A DNA stretch of 64,000 nt from an uncultured Gemmatimonadales bacterium (GTDB lineage Bacteria > Gemmatimonadota > Gemmatimonadetes > Gemmatimonadales > GWC2-71-9). Under the pieces are notes generated by a model. It worked only from the letters and a program-made list of their open reading frames with translations. It was not told the origin of the DNA and searched no databases. Location of the stretch: the NCBI GenBank assembly GCA_963729985.1, contig CAVSPJ010000002.1:394015-458014 (forward strand). Reading direction: 5' to 3'. Made by a program: the position numbers and the translations under genes. Shown here in pieces: positions 1-8,234 of this stretch (positions are counted from its first letter, which is position 1; every line of letters starts with the position of its first letter).

Positions 1-2119
1 GACCCATTACGGCGCCGCCAACGCCGTGCTGGTGGTCGCGGGCGACGTGAGCCCCGCCGACGTGCGGGCCAGGGTCGAGAAGTACTTCGGTGACATTCCC
101 GCCGGCCCCCCCACCACGCGGCAGCAGCAGTGGGTGGCCAAGCGTACCGGCAGCCAGCGCGGACTGATGTATGACCGGGTGCCGCAGGCACGGGTGTACA
201 AGGCGTGGAACGTGCCCGGCTGGAGCTCGGCCGACGGCGAGCGGCTCAATCTCATCGGCCATCTGCTTTCCGACGGCAAGTCGTCACGGCTCTACAAGCG
301 GCTGGTGTACGACGAGCAAATCGCGACCGGCGTGAACGCGTATGGCAACCTGCACGAGATCGGCGGCCTCTTCGTGGTCGAGGCGACCGCCCGGCCCGGG
401 GTGGAGCTGGCCAAGGTAGAGCGCGCGGTGGACGAGGAGCTGGCCCGGTTCCTCGCCGGCGGTCCTACGCCGGCCGAGCTCCAGCGGGCCAAGACCGGAT
501 TCCGGGCCGAGTTCGTGCGCGGCATCGAGCGAATCGGCGGATTCGGCGGCAAGTCGGACGTGCTGGCCCAGGGCGAGGTGTGGGCCGGCCGGCCGGACTT
601 CTACCAGACGCGTCTCGAGCGCGTGGCGGGAGCCACCGTGGGGCAGATCCGCTCGGCGGCCCAACGCTGGCTCGCCGACGGCGACTACACCCTCGAGGTG
701 CTCCCCTACGGCGAGTACCGGGTCGCCGACTCGGGAGTGGACCGGTCGAAGCTGCCGGAGAGCGGCGCACCGCCCGAGGCCAGATTCCCCCAGTTCGAGC
801 GGGCCACGCTCACCAACGGGCTCCAGATCGTGCTGGCGCGAGCCACCGCCGTCCCGCAGGTGCGCTTCAGTCTGTTGCTCGACGCCGGGTACGCGGCCGA
901 CCAATTCGGGGTCCCCGGCACCGCGAGTCTGACGATGGCGATGCTGGACGAGGGGACCAGCACCCGGAGCGCGATCGGCATCAGCGACGAGCTCGCCTCG
1001 CTCGGGGCGAACCTGTGGACCGGCTCGGGGCTCGACGTTTCGTCGGTGTCGCTGGAAACGCTGAAGGACAAGCTCGACGCGTCGCTCGCGGTCTACGCCG
1101 ACGTGATCCTACACCCTTCCTTTCCCCGGGCCGACTTCGAGCGTCTCAAGCGGCAGCGGCTGGCCCAGATCCAGCAGGAAAAGGCGGATCCGGTAGGGAT
1201 GGCGCTGCGGGTCTTCCCCGGCCTTCTTTACGGGCCGGGGCACGCCTACGCCAATCCCTGGACGGGGTCCGGCACCGAGGAGTCCACCGGCCGGATCTCG
1301 CGCGATGATCTGACGCGATTCCATCGCACCTGGTTCAAGCCCGACAACGCGACGCTGATCGTGGTGGGCGCCACCACCCTGGCCGAGATCCGACCGAGAC
1401 TGGAGCGGGCCTTCGCCGGATGGGAACGAGGGGACGTGCCGGTGAAGAACGTCGGAACGGTCGAGCAGCAGCCCCGCTCGACCGTCTACCTGCTCGATCG
1501 CCCGGACGCGGCTCAGTCCCTGATTCTGGTGGGGAATGTCGCCCCTCCCAAGGCCAATCCCGACGAGCCCGCCATCGAGACGATGAACCTGGTGCTCGGC
1601 GGCTCCCCCTCCGCCCGGATGAATATGAACCTCCGCGAGGACAAGCACTGGTCGTACGGGTCCTTCACCTTCTTCCGCAACGCGCAGGGCCAGCGGCCCT
1701 TCCTGACCTACGCGCCGGTGCAGACCGACAAGACCAGGGAAGCGCTGATCGAGCTGCGAAAGGAGCTCCGCGGCATCGTGACCGACCGGCCACCCACCGC
1801 CGAGGAGCTGGCCCGCGCGAAGTCGGAGCTGACCCTGACCCTTCCCGGCAGCTGGGAAACGATGGGCGCGGTCGCCGGCACCCTGGCGGACATCGTCACC
1901 TTCGGCCTGGACGACCGGTACTACGACAGCTACGGCGACAAGGTGCGGTCGCAGACGGTGGCCACGGTGCAAGCGGCCGCCAAAACGGTGATCCATCCCG
2001 ACAACCTGGTCTGGGTGGTGGTCGGCGATCGGTCCAGGATCGAGGCCGGAATCCGGGAGCTGAATCTGGGCGAGGTCAAGTTCATCGACGCGGACGGGAA
2101 GCCGTTGGGTGGGACTTGA
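1..2119 (+). CDS. M16 family (insulinase/PqqL-like) zinc metallopeptidase, 5' end outside the window
   Basis: The frame is open from nt 2 (THYGAANAVLVVAGD...) and continuous with the 697-aa ORF 26..2119. It shows two-lobed M16 architecture with a typical peptidase_M16_C pattern. Confidence 0.85.
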   Translation, partial: THYGAANAVLVVAGDVSPADVRARVEKYFGDIPAGPPTTRQQQWVAKRTGSQRGLMYDRVPQARVYKAWNVPGWSSADGERLNLIGHLLSDGKSSRLYKRLVYDEQIATGVNAYGNLHEIGGLFVVEATARPGVELAKVERAVDEELARFLAGGPTPAELQRAKTGFRAEFVRGIERIGGFGGKSDVLAQGEVWAGRPDFYQTRLERVAGATVGQIRSAAQRWLADGDYTLEVLPYGEYRVADSGVDRSKLPESGAPPEARFPQFERATLTNGLQIVLARATAVPQVRFSLLLDAGYAADQFGVPGTASLTMAMLDEGTSTRSAIGISDELASLGANLWTGSGLDVSSVSLETLKDKLDASLAVYADVILHPSFPRADFERLKRQRLAQIQQEKADPVGMALRVFPGLLYGPGHAYANPWTGSGTEESTGRISRDDLTRFHRTWFKPDNATLIVVGATTLAEIRPRLERAFAGWERGDVPVKNVGTVEQQPRSTVYLLDRPDAAQSLILVGNVAPPKANPDEPAIETMNLVLGGSPSARMNMNLREDKHWSYGSFTFFRNAQGQRPFLTYAPVQTDKTREALIELRKELRGIVTDRPPTAEELARAKSELTLTLPGSWETMGAVAGTLADIVTFGLDDRYYDSYGDKVRSQTVATVQAAAKTVIHPDNLVWVVVGDRSRIEAGIRELNLGEVKFIDADGKPLGGT

Positions 2120-2595
2120 GCCTCCGCTGGCCGATGCTGCTGCTGGCCGCGGTCTGGCTGGCTCCCGGCACTGCCGAGGCTCAACGGCGCACCAGCCGCC
2201 TGTTCAGCGGACCGCTGCAGGCCGGGCCCAGGGTCGGCCGCGACTTCGAGAACAAGGCGTGGAGTGTCGGGGGCCAGTTCGTCGCCCCGGTGGGGCGCAA
2301 CCTCGAACTCCGGCCCAGCGGCGATCTATTCTTTCCCCGTGACGCCGGGATGGGCTGGCAACTCAACGGCGACGCCTCCTTCCGCCTCGGCGAGGGCGGC
2401 GGCCTCTATGCGGGCGCCGGGGTCGCCTTCGCGCACCCGGATGACTCGGATACCAAAACCGGCTACAATCTCTTCTTCGGTCTGAGCACCGCGCCGCCGG
2501 CCCAACGGACCAAAGGCTTCATCGAATTCCGCTGGACCTTCGTGAACGACACCAGCCCGTTCCGTCTGGCGCTCGGATTCCTGTATCGGCTGTGA
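2116..2595 (+). CDS. Small secreted protein, possibly an outer-membrane beta-barrel (hypothetical)
   Basis: Signal peptide (M)SLRWPMLLLAAVWLAPGTAEA, followed by alternating G/aromatic strands. The TTG at 2116 overlaps the peptidase TGA (TTGA). The alternative start is ATG 2134. Confidence 0.5.
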   Translation: MSLRWPMLLLAAVWLAPGTAEAQRRTSRLFSGPLQAGPRVGRDFENKAWSVGGQFVAPVGRNLELRPSGDLFFPRDAGMGWQLNGDASFRLGEGGGLYAGAGVAFAHPDDSDTKTGYNLFFGLSTAPPAQRTKGFIEFRWTFVNDTSPFRLALGFLYRL

Positions 2596-2608
2596 CCAGG
2601 GAGATGAC

Positions 2609-3037
2609 ATGACCACCAGCACCGCCACTGCCACCTGGGAAGGCGGCCTGCGCAAGGGCCAGGGACAGTTCAGCGCCAAGTCGGGAGCCTTCCAGGGCAG
2701 CTATTCGTTTCCGACCCGGTTCGAAGGAGCGAAGGGCACCAATCCCGAAGAGCTGATCGCCGCCGCACACGCGTCCTGCTTCAGCATGGCCCTGAGCGGG
2801 GAACTGGAGAAGGCCGGCACGCCGTCCACCCGAATCACCACCACGGCATCGGCGACCGTCGACAAGGTGGGGGCCGGGTTCAAGATCACCCGCATCCGGC
2901 TCGAGGTGCGCGGTGAGGTTCCGGGAAGCGATCAGGCGGGGTTCGCCAAGGCCGCGGAGGCGGCGAAGGAGGGCTGCCCCGTGTCCCAGGCGCTGAAGGG
3001 CAACGTGGCCGTCGAGCTGGACGCGAGGCTAGGATAG
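2609..3037 (+). CDS. osmC: OsmC family peroxiredoxin
   Basis: 142 aa. N-terminal ATWEGGLRKGQG motif, with paired Cys in ...AAHASCFSMAL... and ...EGCPVSQAL... typical of OsmC/Ohr. Confidence 0.85.
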   Translation: MTTSTATATWEGGLRKGQGQFSAKSGAFQGSYSFPTRFEGAKGTNPEELIAAAHASCFSMALSGELEKAGTPSTRITTTASATVDKVGAGFKITRIRLEVRGEVPGSDQAGFAKAAEAAKEGCPVSQALKGNVAVELDARLG

Positions 3038-3144
3038 ATCCGATCTGTCATACGCTGGTCGGCGCCGGGCTGGCCCGGAGCGGACTGGCCCGCCGGACCG
3101 CCCTGGGCACGACGGCGCTGCTCATCGGTGCCAATCTTCCCGAC

Positions 3145-4062
3145 GTGGACGTAGTGACATACTTCTGGGACCCGGGCGCGGATCTCGCCTTCCGCCGCGG
3201 CTGGACCCACGGGGTTCTGGCGCTGGCGCTGTGGCCCCTTCTTCTCAGCGGCGCCCTGATTCTGGCCGACCGGGCGCTCCAACGGGTGCGCCGCGCGTCG
3301 CTGCCGTCCGGCCTCGTTCCCGGCCAGCTTCTGCTCCTCTCCTCGGTCGCCGTGCTTTCCCACCCCATTCTGGACACCCTCAACACCTACGGCATGCGAT
3401 GGCTCATGCCGTTCAGCGGGCGGTGGTTCTACGGTGACACGCTGTTCATCGTGGACCCTTGGCTCTGGCTCGCCTTGGGGCTTGGCGTGGCGCTGAGCCG
3501 GCCGCGGCAGGCGCGCGCCTGGCCGGCGCGGATCGGGCTCGTGATATCCCTGGCCTACACCACCGCCATGGGCGCCTCGACGCTGGCGGCTCGAGGCATT
3601 GCCGGCACCGAGATCGCCCGGATCTCGGGCGAGCCGGTACGCCGGCTACTGGTCTCGCCGCGGGCGGTGAACCCCTTCCGGCGGAACGTGGTGGCGGAGC
3701 AGGACGGAGCATACCGGGTCACGGGGTTCAGCTGGCTCTCCACCCGTCACGTGGATCCGGCCTCGCTCAGAATCATCTCCAAGGGACCGACCGATCACCC
3801 GGCCGTGAGGGCGGCGGCCGCGACGACGCTGGGCCGGCGGTTTCTCGGCTGGGCTCGGTTTCCCGCCTTTCTGCTGGAGCCCACGGGGGCCAGTGACTTC
3901 GTAGTTCATATCGTCGATCTGCGCTACGCCGAACGACCGGGCGCGCCATTCGGCGCCGTATCGATCCCGGTGTCGGCCACGCCTCAGTCCGAGGTCACGG
4001 AATACCGGACCAAGACGTCCTCGATGAACTCGGCCGTTACCCGACCATCGGCGACGTGGTAG
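3145..4062 (+). CDS. Membrane-bound metal-dependent hydrolase (YdjM/DUF457-like); the true start is probably upstream (about 3034)
   Basis: Hydrophobic polytopic N-terminal half. A family-like N-terminus (DPICHTLVGAGLA...LIGANLPDVD) is encoded in-frame at 3037-3144 with no canonical start codon. Confidence 0.7.
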   Translation: MDVVTYFWDPGADLAFRRGWTHGVLALALWPLLLSGALILADRALQRVRRASLPSGLVPGQLLLLSSVAVLSHPILDTLNTYGMRWLMPFSGRWFYGDTLFIVDPWLWLALGLGVALSRPRQARAWPARIGLVISLAYTTAMGASTLAARGIAGTEIARISGEPVRRLLVSPRAVNPFRRNVVAEQDGAYRVTGFSWLSTRHVDPASLRIISKGPTDHPAVRAAAATTLGRRFLGWARFPAFLLEPTGASDFVVHIVDLRYAERPGAPFGAVSIPVSATPQSEVTEYRTKTSSMNSAVTRPSATW

Positions 4063-4916
4063 GTGCGGGTGATGACACGCAATGTTCCCTCCCTCCGCTC
4101 CGAGCTTTGCACCGCCTCACCGAGCTGCTCCTCGACTTCCCCGACCGTCATGCCCTTGCGAGGCAATCCGGTCGGCGGGGCCAGGACGGTGCCCGAACCC
4201 TCGCGGTCCACGTTTGGGTCCGAGGCGAACGTGTTGACCGGCAGCGCGGGGAAGGTGACGAACTCGGCCAGGGCCTCCTCCAGCCCCTTCGGGGTGAGCA
4301 CCCCGTCGGGCAGACGGTCCCGGTAGCGGACGTTGAACCGCGAGCCGCCCTCCAGCCGTCGCTGCCTGAGGTTCTGCTTCTTCTGCTCCCCGGCGTCGGC
4401 GACTTCCGCCTGGTTGCGGACATCCTCGCGCTCGCGGGCGTTTCGCAGATCATCCAGCTCTTCCTGCAGGTCCCGGCGCTTGACCGGATCTTTTTCGCGC
4501 CTGAGCTCGCCCTCGAGATTCTTCTCTCGCTTGCTCTTGGGCGTGGACGGCACGCTCACCGAGGTCGAGGTCTCGTCGCTCAGGGTACCGTAGCCGCCGC
4601 CGTCGAGGTGGAACTCGATGTGCTTGGACTTGACCCGGATCTTGGTGATCATGGCGTCGCCCCCCGCCCGGATCGCCGTGCCGTGATCCTTGAGACGGTC
4701 GGCATAGCGGGGATAGTCCAGCGGCCGGTCGGTTCCGGGATAGACGTCCACACCCTCCTCGGTCCCCGGCATCGCAATCTTCAGCGTGACCCGCCTTCCC
4801 TCGAAGTAGCGCTTGAGCTCGGCCTCGGACTGGGCTCGGAGCGGCATGGCCAGGAGCACGAGAGCGAGCAGCGCCAACGGCCAGATGGCGATCATCGCAA
4901 ACCTCCACCAGCCCAC
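3984..4916 (-). CDS. Hypothetical secreted protein with a highly charged central segment
   Basis: 310-aa ORF with signal peptide MGWWRFAMIAIWPLALLALVLLAMPLRAQ and good GC3 bias. I recognise no family. Confidence 0.55.
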   Translation of the reverse strand: MGWWRFAMIAIWPLALLALVLLAMPLRAQSEAELKRYFEGRRVTLKIAMPGTEEGVDVYPGTDRPLDYPRYADRLKDHGTAIRAGGDAMITKIRVKSKHIEFHLDGGGYGTLSDETSTSVSVPSTPKSKREKNLEGELRREKDPVKRRDLQEELDDLRNAREREDVRNQAEVADAGEQKKQNLRQRRLEGGSRFNVRYRDRLPDGVLTPKGLEEALAEFVTFPALPVNTFASDPNVDREGSGTVLAPPTGLPRKGMTVGEVEEQLGEAVQSSERREGTLRVITRTYHVADGRVTAEFIEDVLVRYSVTSD

Positions 4917-5002
4917 GTCTGCTTGTTCGTTTTGGAGACGGCAGGCACTAGTACACTCCTGTCAGGACGATGGTATTGCCTCAACAAGACTAATCGCATA
5001 TC

Positions 5003-5036
5003 GTATTCAGTATTATCAACACTGGATTCAGTATGC
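5003..5036 (+). promoter_or_regulatory. Direct repeat ATTCAGTAT x2 (21-nt register) overlapping the GntR start codon; candidate operator
   Basis: GTATTCAGTAT at 5003-5013 and GGATTCAGTATG at 5025-5036, inside an unusually AT-rich 116-nt divergent intergenic region. Confidence 0.4.
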
Positions 5037-5674
5037 TCAAACCAATTACCAGAACTCCCCTTGGTGAACAGGTCTATCTCCGGATCCTCCAACGCCTTCA
5101 GCAGGGTACGATTGCCCCTGGATCCAAGATCAGTGACGCCGCCATGGCCTCGGAATTGGGCGTCAGCCGGACGCCCGTTCGTGAAGCCTTGCTCCGGCTC
5201 GCGAGGGAAGGCCTGGTGGCGGCGGACGCCGGCAGAGGGTTCCGCCTGGCCCCCCTGGATCCGCACGAGGTGCGGGAGGTCGGATCGATCCTCACGGTAT
5301 TGGAACCGCTGGCTCTCGACCAGTCGCCCGAGCCGAGCGAAGAGCGGCTCGACCGTCTCGCCGCGATCGTCCACCGGTTGGAGCAGACGCGGGGAAACGC
5401 TGTCCGCTGCATCGAGCTCGACGACGAGTTCCACCAGGTCCTGTTGGAGGACTGTCCCAACCGCCGCCTGGTCGGACTGGCCAACACGCTGCGCCGGAGC
5501 CTCCATCGCTATCTCCACCACTATCTCGAGCAAGGCGGGCGGGTGAGTCTTTCCAGCCTTCAACACTTCAAGATCGCGGAAATGCTCCGAAAGGGAGACC
5601 GGCCGGCCGCCCGGCAGATCCTGGAGCGCAAGTGGCGGCGGGGGATCGACGAGATCGCGAGCGCGCTCCGATGA
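5033..5674 (+). CDS. GntR family transcriptional regulator (FadR/FCD-type C-terminal domain)
   Basis: N-terminal wHTH (...ISDAAMASELGVSRTPVREALLRLAREGLV...) followed by a helical FCD-like domain. Confidence 0.85.
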   Translation: MLKPITRTPLGEQVYLRILQRLQQGTIAPGSKISDAAMASELGVSRTPVREALLRLAREGLVAADAGRGFRLAPLDPHEVREVGSILTVLEPLALDQSPEPSEERLDRLAAIVHRLEQTRGNAVRCIELDDEFHQVLLEDCPNRRLVGLANTLRRSLHRYLHHYLEQGGRVSLSSLQHFKIAEMLRKGDRPAARQILERKWRRGIDEIASALR

Positions 5675-6894
5675 GCCGGCCGGGCGATCCCCCCGCTCTC
5701 TCCCGCTGGCGCGCCGACACGCCCGGCTGTGAGCGGCTGGTCCACCTCAACAATGCCGGCGCGGCGTTGACGCCCGGTCCGGTTCGCGAGGCCGTCGCCG
5801 CCCACCTGGCGCTGGAGAGCGAGATCGGAGGCTATGAGGCCGCCGACGCGCGCGCCGAGGCGCTCGGCGGAGCCTATGCCGCGCTCGCTCGACTGCTCGG
5901 CACGGCGCCCGGGAACCTGGCCATGCAGCAGAACTCCACCGTGGCCTTCGCTCAGGCCTTCGCCGCGTTCGATCTCGGGCCCGGTGACGCGATCCTCACC
6001 AGCGCGGCCGACTACGCCTCCAACCAGATCATGTACCTGGCGCTCGCGCGCCGGCGGGGCGTCGAGATCATCCGCGCGCCCGACGCGCCCGAGGGCGGGA
6101 TCGATCCCCAGGCGGTGCGGGAGATCGTGGCCCGACGCCGCCCCACGATCCTGGCGCTGACCTGGATCCCGACCAACTCCGGTCTGGTGCAGCCCGCCGA
6201 GGCCGTCGGCGAGATCTGCCGAGATGCCGGGATCCCGTACATCCTGGATGCCTGCCAGGTGGTGGGCCAGATGCCCATAGACCTGCGCCGGCTGCACTGC
6301 GACTACCTGGCCGGCACCTCGCGAAAGTTTCTTCGCGGACCCCGCGGCGTCGGGTTCCTGTACGTCGCCGATCACGCGCTCGAGGCCGGCGGGTATCCGC
6401 TGACGGTGGACATGCACGGCGCCACCTGGAGTGACCCGAACGAATTTTCGCTCAAGCCCGACGCCAGCCGGTTCGAGAGCTGGGAGATTTCCTATGCGCT
6501 GGTGCTGGGTCTGGGGGCCGCGGCGGCCTATGCCCTGACCGTCGGCATGGAGGCGGCTCGCGACCGGAGCTGGGCACTGGCGCGCTACGCGCGCGAGCGG
6601 CTCGCCGCGATCGACGGGGTGCGGGTGCTCGATCGGGGGCCCGCGCTGTGCGCCATAGCCACGGCCGAGTTGGGCGGCCGGCCCGCCGGGGCGGTGAAGC
6701 TCGCGTTGCGCGCGCGAGGGATCAATACCAGCTCTCCCGGCCGCGAGGACGCGGTGATCGACATGGACCGGAAGGGAGCCGACTCCGCACTGCGGATCTC
6801 GCCGCACTACTACAACAGCGCGACCGAGATCGACGCCGCGGTCGCGGCCCTGGCGGAGGTCATGGCGGCGATCGAGCCTATCGGCCGCGCGTGA
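5671..6894 (+). CDS. Class V aminotransferase / cysteine desulfurase-like PLP enzyme
   Basis: ATG 5671 overlaps the GntR stop (ATGA). Sequence ...LVHLNNAGAALTP...DACQVVGQMPIDL...DYLAGTSRKFLRGPRGVGFLY... is the class-V fold with a PLP-lysine context. Confidence 0.8.
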   Translation: MSRPGDPPALSRWRADTPGCERLVHLNNAGAALTPGPVREAVAAHLALESEIGGYEAADARAEALGGAYAALARLLGTAPGNLAMQQNSTVAFAQAFAAFDLGPGDAILTSAADYASNQIMYLALARRRGVEIIRAPDAPEGGIDPQAVREIVARRRPTILALTWIPTNSGLVQPAEAVGEICRDAGIPYILDACQVVGQMPIDLRRLHCDYLAGTSRKFLRGPRGVGFLYVADHALEAGGYPLTVDMHGATWSDPNEFSLKPDASRFESWEISYALVLGLGAAAAYALTVGMEAARDRSWALARYARERLAAIDGVRVLDRGPALCAIATAELGGRPAGAVKLALRARGINTSSPGREDAVIDMDRKGADSALRISPHYYNSATEIDAAVAALAEVMAAIEPIGRA

Positions 6895-7555
6895 GGACGG
6901 GCTGGAGCACGTCCCAGACGGTCTCGGCGACGCGGTGCTGTCCTTCGGCGTTGGGATGGATCATGTCCGCCTGGTTGAGCGATGGCCGTCCCGCCACGCC
7001 ATCGAGCAGAAAGGGCACCAGAGGCAGGCCGTTCTCGCTGGCCAGCTCGGAGTAGATCCGCCCGAATCGTCTGGAATAATCGGCGCCGAGATTGGGCGGC
7101 GCCCGCATCCCCACCAGCACGATGGCGGGAGGCGGTGACTGGCGTTTGGCCCGGTCGATGATCGCCTGAATGTTCGAGCGGAGCGAGTCCACCTCGAGGC
7201 CGCGAAGGCCGTCATTGGCGCCCGTCTCGATCACCAGCAGCGCCGCCGGCTGCCGCAGGAGCCAGTCGATCCTCCGGCGCGCCCCGGCCGACGTCTCCCC
7301 GCTCACCCCCGCGTTCACCGCCTCGAACCGCAGCCCCTCGGCATCGAGCTTCTGCTGAATCAGCGCCGGATAGGCCCGGTCCGGATCCAGCCCGAGGCCC
7401 GCGGTGAGGCTGGTCCCCAGAAACACGATCCGTCCCCGCTGGCCGGCGGCCGGCGGCGGCGGCAGATCGTCGAAGGCCGGCGGACGCGCCTCGGCCCCAC
7501 ATCCCGCGAGCACCAGTGCAACCAACGGACCCCGCCATCCGTACCTTGATATCAT
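6878..7555 (-). CDS. SGNH/GDSL hydrolase, TesA-like arylesterase/thioesterase lipoprotein
   Basis: Lipobox LVLAGCG. SGNH blocks are FLGTSLTAG, GVSGETS, ETGANDGLR and a C-terminal DMIHPN. Confidence 0.8.
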   Translation of the reverse strand: MISRYGWRGPLVALVLAGCGAEARPPAFDDLPPPPAAGQRGRIVFLGTSLTAGLGLDPDRAYPALIQQKLDAEGLRFEAVNAGVSGETSAGARRRIDWLLRQPAALLVIETGANDGLRGLEVDSLRSNIQAIIDRAKRQSPPPAIVLVGMRAPPNLGADYSRRFGRIYSELASENGLPLVPFLLDGVAGRPSLNQADMIHPNAEGQHRVAETVWDVLQPVLTRGR

Positions 7556-7562
7556 TCAGACC

Positions 7563-8234
7563 ATGCTCCGCTGCGCATCCCTGACCAAGACCTACCACTC
7601 CGGCGGCCGTGAGCTCACGGTGCTGAACGATATCACCTTCTCGGTGGAGTCGGGCGGGTTCGCCGCCATCGTCGGACCCTCCGGGAGCGGCAAGACGACC
7701 CTGCTCGGCCTGCTCGCCGGGCTCGACCGACCCACCGCCGGCACCGTGCATCTCGACGGGCAGGAGCTCGGGGCGCTGAACGAGGACGCCCGTGCCCGGA
7801 TGCGAGGCGAGAAGATCGGGTTCGTCTTCCAGACGTTCCAGCTCATCCCTACACTCACCGCGCGGGAGAACGTCCAGGTCCCGCTCGAGCTCCGGGGCGA
7901 AGACGCCAACGGCCGCGCCGCGGAGCTGCTGGCGCGGGTAGGCCTCAGCGACCGCGGCCATCATTACCCGGCCCAGCTTTCCGGCGGCGAGCAGCAGCGG
8001 GTCGCCCTCGCGCGGGCGTTCAGCACCCGGCCGAAGGTCCTCTTCGCCGACGAGCCGACCGGCAATCTCGACGCCGCCACCGGGGCCGGCATCATCGATC
8101 TCATGGTGGAGCTCAACCGCGACATCGGCACCACCTTCGTCCTGGTCACCCACGACCTCGACCTCGCCGCCCACGCCCGGCGCATCATCCGGCTGGCCGA
8201 CGGGCGGATCGCGGCCGACAGCGCCGCCGCGTGA
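7563..8234 (+). CDS. ABC transporter ATP-binding protein (YbbA/LolD/MacB-type)
   Basis: Walker A GPSGSGKTT, signature LSGGEQQRVALARA, Walker B LFADEPTGNLD. Divergent from the tesA-like gene, as in E. coli tesA/ybbA. Confidence 0.9.
   Translation: MLRCASLTKTYHSGGRELTVLNDITFSVESGGFAAIVGPSGSGKTTLLGLLAGLDRPTAGTVHLDGQELGALNEDARARMRGEKIGFVFQTFQLIPTLTARENVQVPLELRGEDANGRAAELLARVGLSDRGHHYPAQLSGGEQQRVALARAFSTRPKVLFADEPTGNLDAATGAGIIDLMVELNRDIGTTFVLVTHDLDLAAHARRIIRLADGRIAADSAAA

Noticed and set aside
3984-4062. 79-nt convergent overlap between the YdjM-like gene and the hypothetical secreted protein gene
   Set aside because: This is probably just a late stop in the plus-strand gene; its last ~25 residues look non-conserved. 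I found no evidence of anything functional.
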